32,000 nucleotides of DNA, taken from Pseudomonas aeruginosa (lineage in GTDB: Bacteria > Pseudomonadota > Gammaproteobacteria > Pseudomonadales > Pseudomonadaceae). The position numbers were made by a program, and so were the translations under genes. The DNA lies in assembly GCF_001457615.1 (NCBI RefSeq), contig NZ_LN831024.1, forward strand, positions 90,001-122,000, written 5' to 3'. Shown here piece by piece: positions 31,239 through 32,000 of this stretch (within the stretch, counting starts at the first letter, position 1; every line of letters begins with the position of its first letter). Below the pieces are notes generated by a model. The model had not been told where the DNA came from. It saw only the letters and a list, made by a program, of their open reading frames with translations, and did no database searches.

Positions 31239-32000
31239 ATGTTGAAGAAACTCTCGCCGATTTTCTCGAACATCACCGGCGTCGTCCGCTATCAGGACCT
31301 GGCGTACGTGGCCTCGGTATCCGACGAGATCCAGGAGCAGAACATAGCGCACAGCTATGTCACGGAGTGGGACTGCGGAACCTGGTGTGTTGCTGGCGAG
31401 GATGACGACATGCTGCCCTGGGAGATCGTGTCGGCCACGGTAGTGCACGAGCCGGTGGAACAAGCATTGTTTCTGGGCGCTCGGGGCCAGGTATTCTGCA
31501 TGGGCTCCGGCGACATCCATGAAGAGCAGTTGCCCGACGGCGACGATGCCATCGGTGGCCGGGGCAATATGCGCGGCGTTGCCTGTATCGACGGGGTGGC
31601 CTATGCCTGCGGGATGGATCGACAGGTCTACCGGCGCTTCGACGAGAACGACTGGCGTGCCATCGACAGCGGCGCTCGGCCTCCGGCAGGCAGCGAAGCG
31701 GTGGTCGGATTCGAGGCCATCGGCGGCTTCGGTGCCAGGGAAATCTATGCCGTCGGCTGGGACGGGGAGATCTGGCAGTACGACGGCAAGCGCTGGCAGC
31801 CCCGGGAGAGCCCGACGAACTTGATCCTGACGGCGATCTGCTGCGCGGAAGATGGCTCGGTTTACGCCTGTGGACAGGCGGGAACGCTGCTGCGTGGACG
31901 CAACGACCACTGGGAGATCATCGCCCAGGACGATGTCGATGAAGACTTGTGGAGCCTCGCGTGGTTCGACGGCGCACTCTACGTGTCGAGCGCAACGGCG
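31239..32000 (+). CDS. tsi7: Tsi7 (PA0100-like immunity protein), 5' part only (254 codons, runs off the window); repeat-containing, beta-propeller-like
   Basis: I translated this frame by hand because it is absent from the ORF track (no stop within the window). ATG at 31239 with AGGAG 7 nt upstream, 21 nt after the tse7 stop. The frame is open to position 32000. The motif (V/I)YA(C/V)G..G recurs. Confidence 0.85.
   Translation, partial: MLKKLSPIFSNITGVVRYQDLAYVASVSDEIQEQNIAHSYVTEWDCGTWCVAGEDDDMLPWEIVSATVVHEPVEQALFLGARGQVFCMGSGDIHEEQLPDGDDAIGGRGNMRGVACIDGVAYACGMDRQVYRRFDENDWRAIDSGARPPAGSEAVVGFEAIGGFGAREIYAVGWDGEIWQYDGKRWQPRESPTNLILTAICCAEDGSVYACGQAGTLLRGRNDHWEIIAQDDVDEDLWSLAWFDGALYVSSATA

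Noticed and set aside
1-32000. The idea that the window hides a previously undescribed multi-gene system
   Set aside because: Every substantial ORF with coding-like composition is accounted for by the known H1-T6SS locus and its two effector islands. The intergenic gaps are short (at most 367 bp) and contain no credible extra genes.

Overview
High-GC (Pseudomonas-type) window. I recognise it gene for gene as the Pseudomonas aeruginosa H1 type VI secretion locus (HSI-I, PAO1 PA0074/PA0075 through PA0100). A minus-strand operon (fha1-tssJ1-tssK1-tssL1-tssM1-tagF1-pppA, with the first codons of ppkA at the left edge) diverges across a 367-bp AT-richer control region from a plus-strand operon (tssA1-tssB1-tssC1-hcp1-tagJ1-tssE1-tssF1-tssG1-clpV1-vgrG1a). 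Two effector islands follow. The first is the inverted eagT6-tse6-tsi6 cassette. The second is vgrG1b-PA0096-PA0097(DUF2169)-PA0098(KS-like)-tse7-tsi7, with tsi7 running off the right edge. I found no rRNA, tRNA, CRISPR array, IS element or integrase. Most very long ORFs in the six-frame track are antisense or out-of-frame high-GC artefacts, and several real genes had to be trimmed to internal starts. This is a well-described system, and I see no evidence for a wholly undescribed system here. The least explained parts are: (i) the small PA0096 protein, which by eye carries the gp5/VgrG OB-fold signature and the VgrG C-terminal strand motif; (ii) PA0098, a ketosynthase-like protein that appears to lack the Cys-His-His triad; (iii) several strand-specific RNA hairpins (fha1 RBS, tssA1 leader, hcp1 3' end); (iv) a dyad-symmetric element inside the predicted fha1 promoter; (v) repeat structure within and between the two vgrG genes. 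All homology statements come from recognising motifs and synteny by eye. No database search or folding computation was run.
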